Shown: one piece after another, positions 1 through 13,279 of the stretch
Layout: each line of letters starts with the position of its first letter
Numbering within the stretch: the stretch's first letter is position 1
From: Eledone cirrhosa
Lineage: Eukaryota
Direction of reading: 5' to 3'
DNA: 64,000 nt
Assembly: GCA_964016885.1 (NCBI GenBank)
Contig: OZ024743.1
Location: forward strand, 106,082,001 to 106,146,000
Notes under the pieces: model-generated
The model's input: the letters and a program-made list of their open reading frames with translations, nothing else
What the model was told of the DNA's origin: nothing
Database searches by the model: none
Translations under genes and position numbers: made by a program

Positions 1-82
1 TATACTCCAAATACTTGTCGAGTGCTTTTATATCAGTTATAAATATTTACTAGTTGTAACCCAACAATTTAAATATAACTTT

Positions 83-164
<82 letters not shown>

Positions 165-167
<3 letters not shown>

Positions 168-301
168 AACCAGTAAGACCCCGACGGCTGTAGCTCAGCC
201 GTCGGGGTCTTACTGGTTCCTATTACCCACTCTACTACCCCAAGTATTGAGTACTTTGGTGCGTTATGGTCCACCTGGTTCCTTACCACATTTCCTTCGT
301 T
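165..301 (+). mobile_element. Mini fold-back element, family A (PLE 3'-end derived), in (TA)n
   Basis: 26-bp perfect arms (165-221, loop TAGCT) followed by an 80-bp tail shared with 440-520, 22826-22907 (reverse), 36245-36329 and 63712-63791 (reverse); flanked by (TA)n. Confidence 0.8.
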
Positions 302-327
302 ATATATATATATATATATATATATAT

Positions 328-517
328 AGGAACAAGTAAGACCCCGACGGCTGAGCTCAAGCCGTTTCGACGGCTAATTCTGTCCAGAATTAGCCGTCGA
401 AACGGCTTGAGCTCAGCCGTCGGGGTCTTACTTGTTCCTATTACCCACTCTACTACCCTAAGTATTGAGTACTTTGGTGCGTTATGGTCCACCTGGTTCC
501 TTACCACATTTCCTTCG

Positions 518-520
<3 letters not shown>
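328..520 (+). mobile_element. Mini fold-back element, family A
   Basis: Perfect 55-bp inverted arms 328-382/385-439 with a 2-nt loop, then the family-A tail; arms match the termini of the 22826-25180 element; (TA)n on both sides. Confidence 0.85.
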
Positions 521-609
<89 letters not shown>

Positions 610-2648
610 TTCGATATCTCCAGAATGTAATAAAATAATAAAATGTTTCATTGCACAGAAGAACTTCAGAAATGGTATTAAAATAACTGAATAAAATTTC
701 ACGAAATGTATAATGATTATTTCAAGAATATTTCCTTCTGGTTAGGAATGAAAAAGGGAATGTATACATCAGACATATTTCTCGACATAATTTCTCAGAA
801 ACCACCTTCCGTTCAGTATTACGGAAAAATGGATAGGATAGACCATGCTTTTCTTTAGATACAGACAAGAACTCGCGTCATATGAGGGAGTGTGAGGGGT
901 GTATGTGCGTGTGTGTACATTTCCGCGTGTGTATATAGGTGTGTGAATGTGTGTTTGTGCGTGTATGTGTGTGTATGTGCGCGCGTGTATATTTATATTA
1001 TTCAATTACGTGTGGCCGCTGGTTTTATAAACTTCATGAGAAAATGTGAGAGATATGTATATATAAAAAGAAATGTGGAGCTAGAAAAATGACAGAGTAA
1101 ATGAACATGAGAACACAAAGGGAAAGCGAACAAATAAATATTAAACTTTAAATGATTGGTAGTGATGAATTGAAATATAAAGCTGCTTTTTTAGGATTTA
1201 GCTTTATAGCAAAATAATGTTCACATGTACATCATTTGTATTTTCAAATAAATTTGAAGTTATCCGCTATGATAGTTCTTGGATATTAAAGATGCCCAAA
1301 GATTGTACAAGTCTAATGATAGAATGTATAATTTCAGTGTCACAAAGTTTTCATCTCAGTAAAATGCTTGTCATAGGCGGCAAATTGGCAGAATTGTTAG
1401 AACCTCGGATAGATTGCTGGCAGGATTTTTTCCGAGTTCAAACCACGCTGAGGTCAACTTAGCCTTTCGTCCATTCAAAAACTCCCCGTCTAATATCGGG
1501 TTCAATTAGTCCTCTTCTTTCATTCTCACTTCCGTTCTCTCAAACTCTCTCCTTCTTTGGACCTCACGACCATGATGCCTATCAGACTGTACTGCAGCTG
1601 TATTTAGTTTTCAGACAATTTCCCAACGTATCAGCATCCATGAATGACATCTCATTCTATATCTAGTGATTGAGTTGTCATAGATACGTTTATATGTGTG
1701 TATGTTTGTTTCTGTAAAGTAAAAACAGATTTAATTTAAACATGTTATGTTAAAAGCACGGCTATCCTCAGTTTTGATCTTGATAACAATTACTTCCGTA
1801 TTTCTTTACTTCTTTGCTTTCAGTTGTGAACAATAGTGTTCCTAAATAAGTACGTCAATTAACTGTTCGAGGATCTTCACAACCCATTCTTCAAATTAAA
1901 TACAGCTCTACTTCTGTGAAGGTCAGGTTCTTATAGAAGGGAAATACTAGTACAATTTTCAATATAGTCAACTGTTTTGAATATGTTCAGAATTTTGTTG
2001 ACGCCGTGTGATAATAGGACGTCTCATATTATATTTCTCTCTATTATTTATTGTATATAAATATATATGTCTAGATACATTTTTTCGATCCATTGTCATT
2101 GACATTATTATATATAATATTTAAATATACCTCTGAAATTGAGACGATAATTTTCTTTTGATGATCATTGATATTTTGAATTTCAATACACGGTAAATTT
2201 CCTAAAATATTTGAGGAATACATACTTCGAATATTATTATGAATATTGTTACTAGTAGTATATATAAGTGTGTGTGCGTATGTTTGTGAATGTGTGTGTA
2301 TTTATAAACAGATTTGTGTGTGTGTGTTTTATGACTAGCACAACAGCATACAAAGAAAAGTATATACCATTTTATTGTTTACTTACATCAAGCCTTGATT
2401 CTGCTACACTAGTCTCGGTAAATCTGCTCTGACGAGAAAATGTTCGTAACATCTGTCCATCTCGTAATAAAACGATAAAATCGGAAATATCTATAATCTG
2501 TTTCTAGCACTGCGTTCTTTATTTAATTGTAGATTACGATTATCAACCAATTGCAATATGTGGAACATATATTTATGTATGTATGTGTATATATTTATAA
2601 ACGCGCATATGTACACACACACACACATACACACACATAACCCCCCCC

Positions 2649-2722
<74 letters not shown>

Positions 2723-3240
2723 CCATAATTTGCCTTCAACGTGTCTAGGCAAGAATTTTCTAAAAATACAAACTTCTTTCTTTTATTACATAGAAATCAT
2801 GATACGAAATATGAAATGTGAAGTATACATATAAGTAGATAAAAATGTTACTTCAGAACTATAAAGAAAAGTGCGGATGCTGGAAAACATGAAACGATAA
2901 GCCACATATTTCCAAAAGAATACGCCATTTTATCAGTATAGTGAACTGTCTATATGATTTTCTAGTTGAAACATCTGTGCTATGTATTAGATATTGCTAT
3001 TATGTAGCATCTTTATTACTCATATTTAATTGTGTTTCTCATTCTCGATGTACAAGCTAAACTTGCTTCTTCTATGTACCGTGTATTGTAAGCAGCCTCT
3101 GATTAATTTAGTATTTTGTCTAATAATTCATGCTATTTTTATTAGCATATTGGAGTTGTTGTTATAGTTATTGATCTGCATATAGTGAAACATACCGAAC
3201 TCGTATATATTGGGAATTAATTCTGTTACTGTTTTAATGT

Positions 3241-3328
<88 letters not shown>

Positions 3329-3713
3329 CACTGTCACAAACATATAGTTTTACATACTCAAAAACAGTGTGTTCATGCTGTTAAATTTAAGTAAGTTAAA
3401 TATGAATGTGCTTTGTGCCTATTAACACATATCTGGTGAGACGTCAGTATAGGGTCGTACTCCACAGATTATAATCGAACCTTGAGCTGATCGATACCGA
3501 AACAATTGTCATGTACAATATTGTTCATTTATGGTGCAAACTTTACTTCCGTCTTGCTTACTTATATTTACACTCTGCACGTTACAGCCGCCATAGCTCT
3601 AGTGTTCACTGAAATATAAACATACATAAGACGGAACCACGTAACAGCATTGAATATTTTAAATGACGAACCTCCTGTAAATTTAGTTCACGCATTTCTA
3701 CCATATATTATAT

Positions 3714-3886
3714 ATCGGTAAAGCATCGAACGCCATGCTTTGACGCATAGAGTTACGGCCCTTGCCATTCTGAGTTCAAATCCCGCCGAGGTTAACTTTG
3801 CCTTTAATCCTTACGGGGTCTATTAAATAAAGTACCAGTAATGCACTGAGTAATTTGCTGGCCTTGTGCCAAAAGTAGAAACAATT
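3714..3886 (+). mobile_element. tRNA-derived SINE, slightly 5'-truncated
   Basis: B-box GAGTTCAAATCC, core TTTGCCTTT.ATCCTTACGGGGTC, tail GCTGGCCTTGTGCCAAAAGTAGAAACAATT; multi-copy in window. Confidence 0.85.
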
Positions 3887-4829
3887 ATATATATAACTAA
3901 ATGTTATATATACACACATCCATACATGGTGTTCATCACTGGATAGAATTGGTCATTCCGTATACCTAACAATGACGTAATATTAGGGAAAGCGCTCGAC
4001 GTTACCCAACTCATCCATCTTTGATATTTAATCTTGGTGTTGCAAGAACGGAGTTAATTAGGAATAATGCTCCTTATACACTTGAGCGATTTATGATGTA
4101 ATGGAGGACAGGGTCACTGACACCAACATGGTGGTATTGCCACCATGGGACTAATTACACCCCGGCATGATATTAACTGCAGAAAATAAATCTACCTTAC
4201 TACTCAGACCATACCTTATTACATATCCCTATCTGGAACATTCAAACCTCCGCCGGACTTTAACAATTATTTGAACAATCCGCATGACCGCCTATACCCT
4301 GTATTGATGACTGAGATTTACATTTATTATTTGTTGTAAAGCCTACATTACACATCACCTGATACCACCGCTATTCTTTTACCTTCCATTTTTACTCCCA
4401 TGATAACCACTCTCTGTATGATTACATTTCATATTCTTTATATACTTATTCTTGGTTTTTACTCAACTGTTACCTAAACTTATTTCACTACACTAGATTA
4501 TTACTTTCTATACTGTTTTTTTTTCTGAATTCACTTGTGCACGTCTTCACTTTAGCGTTATCTAGTAGTCCATACAAGGTACCACAAGTACCCACTACAA
4601 GAAACATTTATTTTCATTAACTCCGCTTCACTATCTCTTTCACAAATTTACCAACCATTTACTGGTTGTCTATTTATTTATTTAATTATTACCCCCACCT
4701 CCTTGGGATTCACTCAACATGTACCATGCGATATAATTTTCATATTATAATAATTACATAGAGATATAAGTACATTATAGCATTAAGGTGTATATCTACA
4801 TCTTACCTATATTTATTATAATGTGACTT

Positions 4830-5010
4830 GGATTGGCAGTATCGGTAGAGGGTCGGACGCCATGCTTTCCAGCATAGTTACGTCCCTTTACGATCTGAGT
4901 TCAAATCCCGCCGAGGTTGACTTTGCCTTTCATCCTTACGGGGTCGATAAAATAAAGTACCAGTAATGCACTGGATAATTGCTGGCCTTGTGCCTAAAGT
5001 AGAAACAATT
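4830..5010 (+). mobile_element. tRNA-derived SINE, full length, with target-site duplication
   Basis: A-box TGGCAGTATCGG, B-box GAGTTCAAATCC, Nin/Deu-like core GCCTTTCATCCTTACGGGGTCGATAAAATAAAGTACCAG; TSD ATTATAATGTGACTTGG at 4815-4831 and 5008-5024. Confidence 0.92.
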
Positions 5011-6174
5011 ATAATGTGACTTGGGATTATATCCCATATGAATACAAAACTGTACAACGCATGGAACCCAGGTTAGCTTCCGATTGACAAAAGTTTCTTT
5101 TCCTATTTCATTAAATCCTACTTTCCATTAATTTTACTACATTCAAGCTCTCCTACGACTCTATTATTAACATCACTGGTATGAATAACTAATAATCATT
5201 TGGATCAACGACTGACTGTGATGGCTTTCCTACTTGCATGCGCAACGACCTAGTCTTACACCTTCCCAGAGTGCTTCACCAGCCAACTGTACTGACTCTC
5301 CTGGTCACGCGGAGCATGAGCCTGTGGATGTGTCCTGTTGTGTTTGGAAATAATAGAAATTTCATTATTCTCGATATGAGATTTTACTCCTAAGGGTCCG
5401 TGGGTTTATGAACCTGCGGTAATTGCGAAGGCATTATATTAGTAGCTAACGAAAGACAAGCCACACTCGTTTTTCTACATCATAAACACACAGTGATGGA
5501 ACTAAATCTTTTATTATGACTATCAAAAATATATTTCATTTTTTTATAAATGCATCCTTCTTTAAATAAATCCTTAAATTTTAAAATTTGATTTTTACAT
5601 TTTTAATTTTAATTTTAACCTTAAATATTTTCAAGTTCTAAGTTCTGAATTCATTCCCGTAAAATTATATTTTTATAGAAATTTAGACTGACCCCAACAG
5701 AATATATTTCTCTGTAACCTGATCTCCTTTACCACTATCATGTGTCCAAATAGCAGTGAATGGGAGGGTAGTAGTAATAAATATATTATGCATGCAACTC
5801 CGTGACCAAACCGGTAAGACACAATTAATGAGTATTCCCACTGGAAGGGGGTCAGCAGAACTGACAACAACTGTCACTCTTTGAATCAAACATTTTTTTC
5901 TGTGTTTTTTTTAATCTGCTTTCTCTCCTTATAGACTCTTGCATTGTGTTTTCCATTATTCCTTTATTATATAATTATTATGCAATATACATCTGATGAT
6001 GTCACGAAGATATTGCGCAACCTGGCCACTGAAATGTACATAGTGTTTGCTCAAATAAATATTTGAAGGAATTTCACCAGTCCGACCTCCTGTCATTTTA
6101 CTCAATAATATATATTCAAACACACACACACATACACACATACACACACATACACACACACACACATGCATATA

Positions 6175-7000
6175 CTAGTTGTCCCGTCCGGCTGCGCCGG
6201 CTAGGTATACTGGCGTTTTAGCTTTCAGGAAGCCCCTTCCACTCCAGTGCAAATATACCGTACGCCCTCTCAAGTCACATTGTCGTTCCGAGTACGTACC
6301 ACGGGGGGAGCTACTGTGGTGACTCAATTCTGACGCGTGAAAAATACCACCACCACCACTGGAATGCTCAGCGACCATAATCACTCGATTCCGTGGTAAA
6401 AGTTACAGCTGTGGTGTTGGACCATTAGTTTTGCCACAATCCTTCTATTGTGGCACTGGTTGTGAGGGCTTTCTAAAAGATCTGATGCAGGCCTACCGCC
6501 AGGCGCTATCCGGCTAGGTCTGCTACGTTAATGTACTGGCAATTAACGTAGCAAGGAATATAGTGGTGATTCCGCTGAATGCGTCAACACGCTGCTTGAT
6601 TGTCTCCATGCTCCCCGTTGTTACCAGCATGACCCTCAGTGAACTATATTTCCCCCTCCATTAAACATGCCCATCTCTTCTTTCTATGTAAGTCTGGATG
6701 AAATGCTAGTGCCAAGTGTGTGGTTTTCAATAAGAGGTACGTTCCTGCACTATCTTCCGACTACGCAGCTAAGGGGGGAAAGTTATTGTGGTGTGAGTCT
6801 TAGTGTGTTTATAATTATAGGTCACTGCGGCATGCAGATTCCACCTCACGCACGTGTCGTCAATCTCCCCCGAAAGTTAGCGCCAGCTTCCCTGTTCCCT
6901 TGCGCGCGTGTCTAACTCCTTCCCCTCACCCTTTGAACCCAATTATCTTTGATATTCGCCTGGCCGCAGTATGTAACCGCCTGTCACACGCACACACACA
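6175..7000 (-). mobile_element. Putative non-autonomous Helitron (3' end at ~6175; 5' end not defined)
   Basis: Minus strand ends with GC hairpin CCGGCGCAGCCGG, ~9 nt, then CTAG|T; GC-richer island in AT-rich background. Confidence 0.35.
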
Positions 7001-7519
7001 CACAATAGACAACCCCATCAATTATGCATGAGAGGTGGTGGTTGTGGTATCAGTTAACGTGCTCTGATGTTGGGTTTGAATAGTTTTTAGGATTCCCCAG
7101 TTCAGCAGCCAGTATGTTAAAGAAAATTGATAGTTACAACAATAAAGGCTGAACAGAGAACACATTTTTTAACAAAATTTACAATAATTTTTACAATCGT
7201 AATGGAAATTCCAAGTAACAGAACCTACATAAATTACAGTGTTAGAGCCTCAGAGTATACAATGATTTTTGTTCGGCCCTCGGGCGCAAAATGAAGAGAT
7301 TGTTTGGCGAGCTCACCCTAGAGCATTCTACATACAACTGACCATGGGAGAAGCATGGTTTTTCCCATATGAAGGCCAGCCACTTTTAGGGTTTGACAGC
7401 GTTAGCTTTAATAATATAGATAGAGATTGACAATATAAACAAAAAATTAATCCATGATACATTAAAAAAAAACGGTTTTATATATAAACTGCAAAATATA
7501 GGAATGTTTATTTAAGCGT

Positions 7520-7608
7520 GAAGAAGAAGAAGAAGAAGAAGAAGAAGAAGAAGAAGAAGAAGAAGAAGAAGAAGAAGAAGAAGAAGAAGAAGAAGAAGAA
7601 GAAGAAGA
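7520..7608. repeat. (GAA)n microsatellite followed by CAA-rich low complexity
   Basis: About 29 perfect GAA units. Confidence 0.95.
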
Positions 7609-7877
7609 ACACCAACAACTACAACAACAATTGCAGCACTATTATCAAGAAAAGCAACAGCTTCAACAACAATAATATCAACAACAACAACATCCACAAA
7701 AGCAACAGCAATAAAGAGGAGCAGCTCCACAGCAGCAAACGAATAACATTTACTGGTGAGCAATGAGCAGTTACATGAAAACATAAAATCTTAACGTTCG
7801 CCCAGTCTTTGTGCGTATGGAAGTTTTTTTTCTTTTGTGTGTGTAGAGGAATTTTGTGCACGGGTGTTAGAGTTGTA

Positions 7878-7879
<2 letters not shown>

Positions 7880-7951
<72 letters not shown>

Positions 7952-7962
7952 TGTGTGTGTGA

Positions 7963-8052
<90 letters not shown>
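7880..8052. repeat. (GT)n microsatellite
   Basis: Direct inspection. Confidence 0.95.
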
Positions 8053-8054
<2 letters not shown>

Positions 8055-8358
8055 CGTATCAGAGTTGCTATGAAACAGTGAGAAGGATAGAGAATGAAAA
8101 AGGATTTAGGGAAGAATGAGAGACAAGAGTTAAAGAGAAATACCAAATATATATGACGAGAAGATTGTAACCGCAATGTTGGCAAATTGAAAAACGAATA
8201 GTATTAGGTTTCCTGTACAGGTGAAGAGAGCAGAGACACCGAAAAATGTTGACAAGAGACAAAACAAAGAAAATCTGAAATGATATCATATTTTATTATA
8301 TATATATATATATATTATTACTATATATATTATATATATATATTTACATATATGTATC

Positions 8359-8536
8359 TTGGCAGTATCAGTAGAGGGTCGGACGCCATGCTTTCCAGCA
8401 TAGTTACGTCCCTTTACGATCTGAGTTCAAATCCCGCCGAGGTTGACTTTGCCTTTCATCCTTACGGGGTCGATAAAATAAAGTACCAGTAATGCACTGG
8501 TTAATTGCTGGCCTTGTGCCAAAAGTAGAAACGATT
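8359..8536 (+). mobile_element. tRNA-derived SINE
   Basis: Near-identical to 4830-5010. Confidence 0.9.
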
Positions 8537-8669
8537 ATAATATATATATATATATACATATATGTGTGTGTGTATATATATATATATATCAAGGGATATA
8601 ACTTTTAAATAAAATACTGTTCGAAATAAAATAATGCTCGAAAAAGAAGTTAAAAATATTAGTCATCTG

Positions 8670-8750
8670 AAAGATGGTTATGATAATGATGTTGGTGATG
8701 GTGTTGATGATGATAATGAGGATGAGGATGACGAGGAAAAGGAGGAGTAT

Positions 8751-8781
<31 letters not shown>

Positions 8782-8909
8782 AGGAGGAGGAACACCAGGA
8801 GGAGGAGGAAGAGGTGATGGTGATGATGCTCATTTAGTTGCTTCTATGCGTGCTTACGATATGGTGGAGACTATTTTGGTGATGATGCTGGTGATGCTAG
8901 TAATGATTG

Positions 8910-8941
<32 letters not shown>

Positions 8942-9190
8942 GGGGTGATGATGATGAGGATGATGGGGGTGATGATGATGATGATCATGATCATGAAGAT
9001 AATGATGATGATGATGATTATGATTATGAAGATAATGATGATGGTGAGGATGTGAGGTTATGATGATGGAGTCGATGGTGTTGAGGAAGAGAAGCCTAAT
9101 CACGAGCTGGATGGATTTTACCAATGTCGCCGACAACATCTCCAATGATAAAGTCTACGATGATAACCACGACAGCGATGCTGATGATGA
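8670..9190. repeat. (GAT)/(CAT)/(GAG) trinucleotide low-complexity tract
   Basis: Degenerate GAT-rich repeats. Confidence 0.9.
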
Positions 9191-10177
9191 CAAGTAAACA
9201 AATAAAATACGGATTTTACAATCTTCCCAGCTGTTGGTTTTAAATTGAATCTATATAAGTAAGGTTAGAAAGACAGGTTGTGAAGAACTTATAAAATATA
9301 TTACACTTCGTCGTTCCATACATTCAGTCGACACATTTTCTTCCTTCATTCATTCATTCCCTTTTCTTTTATTTTTTTATTTTTGTCACTCATTCCTTTC
9401 TTAATTCGTTTTTCTCCTTCTTTCATTGTTATACTTCATATTTTACGATTTAATATCCATTCAATAAACAATTGTAGTTTACATCAGAACGATTACGATG
9501 CTTATTGTGATGATAATGATAGTAGTAGTGATGATGGCAGTGATGTAGGCAATGTTGTTTAGCAGACTTATTGCTTTTATCTTAATGTTCTTTCTATGCA
9601 ATCTTCCATATTGCACATATATCGTACATCATCTAATCAACTTATAGACATGACTATTAATCTACATTTTCGCCTCCAATACACACGCACACACATATAT
9701 ATATTGTATATATATAATATAATATATATATTTATATATGTATATATATATATATATTATATATATATTTACACACATGTATATATATACATATATGTAT
9801 GAGAGAGAGAGAGAGAGAGTGTGTGTGTGGGGGAGGGGTGGGGTATGTGTGTGTGTGTGTGTGTGAGAGAGAGAAATTCAGTTAGTGTATGCATGAATGT
9901 ATGTATATAATCTTGACAGTCAGGAATTACACTTCTCTATATCGCTGAGAGTCCTCGAAACCTGCAACTATATTCTCTTTCTACATCATTTGTACACACA
10001 ATGTTACGCAATGTTTCGTTAATTGACACAAAGTTCAATAATTTTCAATATTTGAGAAAAGGGGTGTAAGTCATGCTTTCGTTATACCTCAAGCAACGTA
10101 TAGAATTCTAGACAATCGATACTAACCATATTATCCATAGATAACCTGCTTCGATACTAACCATATTATCCATAGAT

Positions 10178-10298
10178 AATTGTTTCTATATTAGGCACAA
10201 GGCCAGCAAATAACCAGAACATTACTGGTACTTTATTTTATCGACCCCGTAAGGATGAAAAGCAAAGTTCACCTCGGCGGGATTTGAACTCAGATCAT
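10178..10298 (-). mobile_element. SINE, 5'-truncated
   Basis: Reverse complement of SINE 3' half; flanked by ATCCATAGATAAT duplication. Confidence 0.85.
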
Positions 10299-10738
10299 AA
10301 ATAATAAATCCATAGATAATACCTTACCATCTTAAACAGAGGAAGGATATGTTAGATCAAGTTATGATAATCATGGTTTTGACCGAAGTAAATTCGTGAG
10401 GGGCATGTCTCAAACGACTAGAATCATAGTTTTCGACAAACACACCAGCCCTTAAACAAACCAACATAAATAACCCGAGATTCTCAAACGCAGAAACTAC
10501 AATAACAACTACAGATCACCATAAACACTAAATGAGAAAATATGTTATTTTTTTCTCAAATGATTTTCATACTGATAACTTATTACAATAATTTTCTGCG
10601 TTTTTTAAACTCACATTTCCGAATACCGACCACTCCCAGTGTATCCATAATCCCTAAGGTTTATTAACATTAATAAAACATATTAGCTTCGTATTAACCC
10701 TTCCGTTACATTACCTTCCAAATTATGTGCATTATTAT

Positions 10739-10970
10739 GTTACGTCCCTTTATGATCTGAGTTCAAATCCCGCCGAGGTTAACTTTGCCTTTCATCCTTA
10801 CGGTGTCGATAAAATAAAGTACCAGTAATACACTGGGTCATTGCTGGCCTTGTGCCAAAAAAGTAGAAGCAATTATTATGTTACTGTGTTCAAATCCATC
10901 TTTACGGGGTCGACAGAATAAAGCACCAGTAACAGAATAACTGCTGGACTTGTGCCAAAAGAAGAAACAA
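10739..10970 (+). mobile_element. Two tandem 5'-truncated SINE copies
   Basis: 10739-10874 and ~10900-10970; ATTATGTTAC repeated at the junctions. Confidence 0.8.
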
Positions 10971-11181
10971 CTATTATGTTACTGTGTAAAAGCATTTGAC
11001 AGAGTACGCCTAGTGAAATACATAAGAATTTGGATTTTTCGCTATATTTAATCACTGTATGTATTTATAATTTTGAATTTGTACTAACATGAATTTAACA
11101 GTTTTAACATGATTCTGATAATAAAAAAAGGATTTACTAATTGGCAATATAAGCACCTGGAGATAAAAACATATTCTACAG

Positions 11182-11299
11182 CGTCGCCCGTGGAGTGGAA
11201 CCTGGAAGATGTGTCCTTTCCTGCACCGCTGGAGCTGTACAATGTATTCGTGTCCGGAGGGGATTATATGTTCAATATATTAAACTATTGGACAGAGAG
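11182..11299 (+). CDS. Candidate internal exon of an unidentified host gene
   Basis: TTCTACAG acceptor, GAG|GTACGT donor, open frame SPVEWNLEDVSFPAPLELYNVFVSGGDYMFNILNYWTE, GC-richer unique sequence; no homology recognised. Confidence 0.3.
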
Positions 11300-11380
11300 G
11301 TACGTTGAAATTATAAAATGTATGTTAAAATAAATTCAAAAGTCATACACATACACACATATATATATATATATATATAT

Positions 11381-11686
11381 GTATAAATATTTCGTATCTC
11401 CAAAGAAATAGGGTTTTAGGAAGCCGTAGCTATGCGAACACCGAGGGGCTAACGCCCTCTGATGATGTCCAGCAGAAGCAAGGGGGACAACCGACTATGC
11501 ATTTCACCGCGGTGGGAGGGACCGTCCTGACGAAGGCCAGTTAAGCCTGAAATGCATAGACGGTTGTCCCCCTAGCTTCTGCTGGACATCACCAGAGGGC
11601 TTTAGCCCCCCCCCCCCCCCCTGCGGTGTTCGCATAGCTACGGCTTCTTAAAACCGTATTTCTTTGAAGATACGAAATATTTATAC
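11381..11686. mobile_element. Fold-back element with hammerhead ribozyme at the apex
   Basis: ~125-bp inverted arms (11381-11506 / 11548-11686), flanked by (TA)n. Confidence 0.85.
11521..11564 (+). ncRNA. Minimal type I hammerhead ribozyme
   Basis: ACCGTC-CTGACGA-AGGC(cagttaa)GCCT-GAAA-TGCA-TA-GACGGT: 6-bp stem I, 4-bp stem II, palindromic stem III; predicted cut after 11558. Confidence 0.9.
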
Positions 11687-11796
11687 ATATTTTATAAAGC
11701 TATGCTTGAAGCGAAATCCTATTTCTTTTATATATATATATATATATATATAAAAGAGAGTATTGAAGTTTGCTTGAAGCATTGGTGAATAATAAA

Positions 11797-12289
11797 AAAA
11801 TTGGTCACTTTGGAACCCTCAACGGTGTAGATGGGTAAATCTCCGGGTAACAGAATCTAGTGGTGAAGAGAGAGATGTAAGATGAAATGTAGAATGGCAT
11901 GTATAGTGTGTAGAGGAACGTAGGAGAGAGCGTAAAAAAATAATAACACGAGATAGATATATCTTGGGAGAGATTTAATTGTCCCTATATTTCGGATTAT
12001 GTTACACACAAACGGCGGACAATAGAGGCCACGTACCGTTCCTCTCCGACAGATAACTTTCCCCCTCGGAAAATTGATGCGAAATCCGAAATATAGGGAC
12101 AATTTAATCTCTCTAAAGATAACTCTATCTCGTATTATTATTTTTATTTTTACGCTCTTTCCTACGTTCCTCTACACACTATACATCTCATTCGACATTT
12201 CCTCTTACATCTCTCGCTTCACCACCGGGTTCTGATATCCGGAGATTTACCCATCTGTATTGTTGAGGCTTCCAAAACGACCAAATTTT
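11797..12289. mobile_element. Fold-back element
   Basis: ~200-bp imperfect inverted arms (11797-11998 / 12083-12289) in (TA)n; only the 3' half of a hammerhead (CCGAAATATAGGGA) is recognisable. Confidence 0.8.
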
Positions 12290-12394
12290 ATATATATATA
12301 TACATATATATAGTAATAATAATAGATGTGAAGAATCCAAAGAGGGCTCGATAAGGATAAATATATATCGAATATATAAGAAAACTAAAGCTAA

Positions 12395-12710
12395 TCTATA
12401 TATCTAAAACAGAGAATGTCAGTATGTCTGTTTGTCTGTCAGCTCCCTAAACCTCGAGGACCACCTAACCGACTTTTTTCAAACTTTAAACCTGTAATAA
12501 TTATGGTCCTGTGAGTGTTTGTAGCAAAAAGTATATTTAAAATTGTCAATGCCCTAGGGACCGTACAAGGCGATTTAGCGATCTCTCTCTATAATTCTTA
12601 GTCTTTCTTTTTAGATAGATACATAGGTATAACGTTGCGCCCTTATAATATATGTCTGTATATCTGGCTGTCTGCATTGCGCCATTATGACGCGGCGTGT
12701 GCGTGTGTAT
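12395..12710 (+). mobile_element. Helitron-like non-autonomous element, 5' part
   Basis: A|TCTATATATCTAAAACAGAG start with GTCTGT repeats; inverted copy at 18030-18328. Confidence 0.55.
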
Positions 12711-12808
12711 ATATGTATATATAGTGCGTGTAGGTATATATATATATATCTAGTGTGTAACGTTTTTCGAAATATGTACTTCTGCGTTCACAGAACGATT
12801 TTTTTTTA

Positions 12809-12857
12809 GTTTCAGAAGACCCCGTTAAGGGTAAAAGCAGCGATTCTTTGCTTAAAC
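12809..12857 (+). ncRNA. Hammerhead-like motif, U4A variant (family B), G12 mutated
   Basis: GTTT-CAGAAGA-cCCC(gttaa)GGGt-AAAA-GCA(gcgattctt)TGC-TT-AAAC. Confidence 0.45.
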
Positions 12858-12881
12858 TTTAATCTGTTATTTAAATATATA

Positions 12882-12909
12882 CTAGCAGAATGGCCCGGCG
12901 TTGCTCGGG
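12882..12909 (-). mobile_element. Helitron-type 3' terminus (hairpin + CTAG)
   Basis: Minus strand CCCGAGCAACGCCGGG-ccattctg-CTAG|T; same terminus on + at 21238-21265. Confidence 0.7.
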
Positions 12910-13013
12910 GTTTGCTCTAGGGTTCTTACATATATGAGCCTCGTGAAATATATACGTTTGTTTATATTTTGTTATTGTGTATGCAAAAGTATCTGTACAC
13001 GAATATATAATTA

Positions 13014-13071
<58 letters not shown>

Positions 13072-13279
13072 TATAAATATATATATATACATATATAATT
13101 ATATATTCGTGTACATATACTTTCGCATACACGTGCACACACATATATCTATATATATATTCGCACACAGAATTCACCACTGTCGGTTGCGGGGCCCAAT
13201 CTACATGAAGAACTCAATGTCATCAGAATGACTTGTATTTTAATTTCACTGTTCTAACTTCTTATATTATGGAAAAAAT

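Noticed and set aside
165-520. Repeat-spacer appearance suggesting a CRISPR array
   Set aside because: Only two palindromic TE copies separated by (TA)n; no unique spacers, no cas genes, eukaryotic context
2429-2457. CTGACGA-GAA(aatg)TTC-GTAA-CATCTG-TC hammerhead-like string
   Set aside because: GAAA mutated and no stem I; at most a dead relic
3930-4760. Possible very old PLE RT remnant (GGIATMG, CIDD-like words)
   Set aside because: Too degenerate to support by eye
4830-4915. tRNA gene (A and B boxes)
   Set aside because: No cloverleaf; it is the head of a multi-copy SINE with TSDs
5701-5812. Candidate exon with CAG acceptor and CCG|GTAAGA donor
   Set aside because: Stop codons in all three frames
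11459-11465. Additional CTGATGA in the left arm of the fold-back
   Set aside because: No stem II/GAAA/UH arrangement follows; the other arm differs at this position
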